NCBI GenBank assembly: GCA_964016885.1
Contig: OZ024741.1
Location: 280,860,001-280,924,000 of the forward strand
DNA from: Eledone cirrhosa
Lineage: Eukaryota
Direction of reading: 5' to 3'
DNA: 64,000 nt
Part shown: positions 62,213 to 64,000 of the stretch, piece by piece
How positions within the stretch are numbered: position 1 is the stretch's first letter
Layout of the letters: each line of letters starts with the position of its first letter
The notes under the pieces: model-generated
What the model saw: the letters and a program-made list of their open reading frames with translations, nothing else
Databases searched by the model: none
What the model was told of the DNA's origin: nothing
Made by a program: the position numbers and the translations under genes

Positions 62213-62513
62213 ACTATTAATAATTATTAATGCACTCGTGCAATGCCTGTGCGTGACGAATATTTTTAAAGTGAGGAAAGACTGTGCACTGAGCCAATCC
62301 CACTCTCTGAGCGACAGTAGCTATAACCCGAAAAAAAGAAAAGATCAACATCATCGGTAACTACTGAGCCGCAGGTTTTATGTCGGAGTTAACCCAGTTT
62401 CCTGAGATGCCTTCTCCTAGAAGAATGCCCTGACAAGGGCTAGGGGTTCTTCACTCCCAGTGGTCTAACTGCGCGATCGGGCATCCAGCCCGATTATTTC
62501 TATGTCCCCGCGC
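60980..62513 (-). mobile_element. internally deleted RTE/BovB-like LINE (5' UTR, endonuclease N-terminus, RT C-terminus, zinc finger)
   Basis: GCWNVRTLLD...ERRTALVAKELRRYDLDIVALSET...VSVYAPT joined near 61640 to LERFHQMCLRRI...LRWSGHLARM..RIPKQLFYGEL; an (AAT)n tract interrupts the 5' UTR at 62150-62225. Confidence 0.92.
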
Positions 62514-62596
62514 AAAAAAACAAAACAAAAAAAACACTCATTTATTGACACTTATACGTACGACATGCGCACACACGCATACATACATACATATAT

Positions 62597-63105
62597 ATGG
62601 TGGCTGCCAACTCGTTTTCGAGTACGGCCACTACTTTATATCCATGTAGGAGAACCCCTACTGATGCGCTGAACGAGTGTGACTTTTTAGTCCAGCCAGC
62701 GACTTGAAAACTATGGTGACAATTACTGACACATAGTGCTGGGCCCATTGTACCCTGTGATGACAAGTGCAGAGAGATCTCCAGATATAAAGCAATGCCT
62801 GTGCCGTGAAGCTTTTATAGTGAGCAAAGGCACTGCACAAAGCCAGTCCCACTCTCTTAACCAAGATGATATTTACCAAAAAGAAGAACAAGTCAACATC
62901 ATTGGATACCATCAGGGTTGCAGGTGTTATATCAGAGTTTTCCTTCTAGAATTCTGCCTTGACAAATGCTAAGGGGTCATCTCCCCCGGTGATTTTGGAT
63001 GGCCATTGACTCTTAAGAGCTCCTTTGTCCTTTGACAGGTTTTGTTTTTAGTCCTGCAGGATGTCCAAAGTCACCCTCCTCACCAAGAAACCTTGGTGGG
63101 GTTGC
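62597..63105 (-). mobile_element. short non-autonomous RTE-derived element, copy 1 (5'-truncated)
   Basis: Near-identical to 63200-63685; body resembles the RTE 5' UTR at 62280-62460; 3' stem-loop CTCG-AAAA-CGAG and (TATG)n tail. Confidence 0.75.
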
Positions 63106-63199
63106 ACATACATACATACCTACATACATACCTACATATATACATACATACCTACATATATACATACATACACACATACATACCTACATACATACACAC

Positions 63200-63765
63200 A
63201 TGGTGGCTGCCAACTCGTTTTCGAGTATGGCCACTACTTTATATCCATGTAGGAGAAGCCCTACCGATGTGTTGAACGAGTGTGACTTTTTAGTGCAGCC
63301 AGCGACTGGAAAACTGGTACAAACATGGTACATGTGATGACAAGTGCAGAGAGATCTCCAGATATGAAGCAATGCCTGTGCCGTGAAGCTTTTATAGTGA
63401 GCAAAGGCACTGCACAAAGCCAGTCCCACTCTCTTAACCAAGATGATATTTACCAAAAAGAAGAACAATTCAATATCATTGGATACCATCAGGGTTGCAG
63501 GTGTTATATCAGAGTTTTCCTTCTCCTAGAATTCTGTCTTGACAAAGGCTAAGGGGTCATCTCTCCCAGTGATTTTGGATGGCCATTGACTCTTAAGAGC
63601 TCCTTTGCCCTTTGACAGGTTTTGTTTTTAGTCCTGCAGGATGTCCAAAGTCACCCTCCTCACCAAGAAACCTTGGTGGGGTTGCCAGTTTAGTCGCCAA
63701 CGACCCGACCATGAGACAGGTTGTACTGGGATACATGTTACCAGTAGCACCAACTGGTGACCTGA
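63200..63765 (-). mobile_element. short non-autonomous RTE-derived element, copy 2 (with 5' structured motif)
   Basis: Tandem partner of 62597-63105 with ~80 extra 5' bases; tail is the (TACA)n tract 63106-63199. Confidence 0.75.
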
Positions 63766-64000
63766 CATATATACATACATACACACATACCTACATATAT
63801 ACATACATACATACCTACATATATACATATATATACATACATACATATACATACATAGATACATACATATACATACATAGATACATACATACATACATAC
63901 ATATATATATACATATAAATATCCATATATATATACATATAAATATCCATATATACATATAAATATACATATATACATATAAATATACATATATATATAC
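63766..64000. repeat. (TACA)n/(TA)n microsatellite
   Basis: Direct read. Confidence 0.95.

Noticed and set aside
63685-63757. HDV-like or twister ribozyme assignment
   Set aside because: There is no 7-nt P1 3' strand between the putative P3 and P4, and no twister core (GUxxCAAGCCC); kept only as an unclassified motif.

Overview
AT-rich, repeat-dense eukaryotic genomic DNA, inferred to be an octopod cephalopod from its SINE/RTE/CR1 repertoire and a C2H2 zinc-finger remnant. Two convergent multi-exon genes were reconstructed by hand from splice sites and reading frame. SMYD5 (+ strand, 12 coding exons, 5283-29552, 1191 nt, 396 aa) is complete and appears to use one GC-AG intron. A class II fumarate hydratase (- strand, 8 coding exons, 47070-32014) lacks a securely identified first exon. 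Introns and flanks hold Nin-domain and CORE-type tRNA SINEs, RTE and CR1 LINE fragments, three non-autonomous Helitrons, piggyBac/Tigger/hAT-type MITEs, mariner/Tc1 remnants, Penelope-like palindromic modules and mini/microsatellites. The best leads for something undescribed are a conserved kissing-loop RNA motif at the 5' end of RTE-derived elements, a ~50-bp tandem array resembling decayed minimal hammerheads, a family of foldback elements, and a possible ATG-only (cytosolic) fumarase leader exon. All homology calls are from recall and manual alignment, not database searches.
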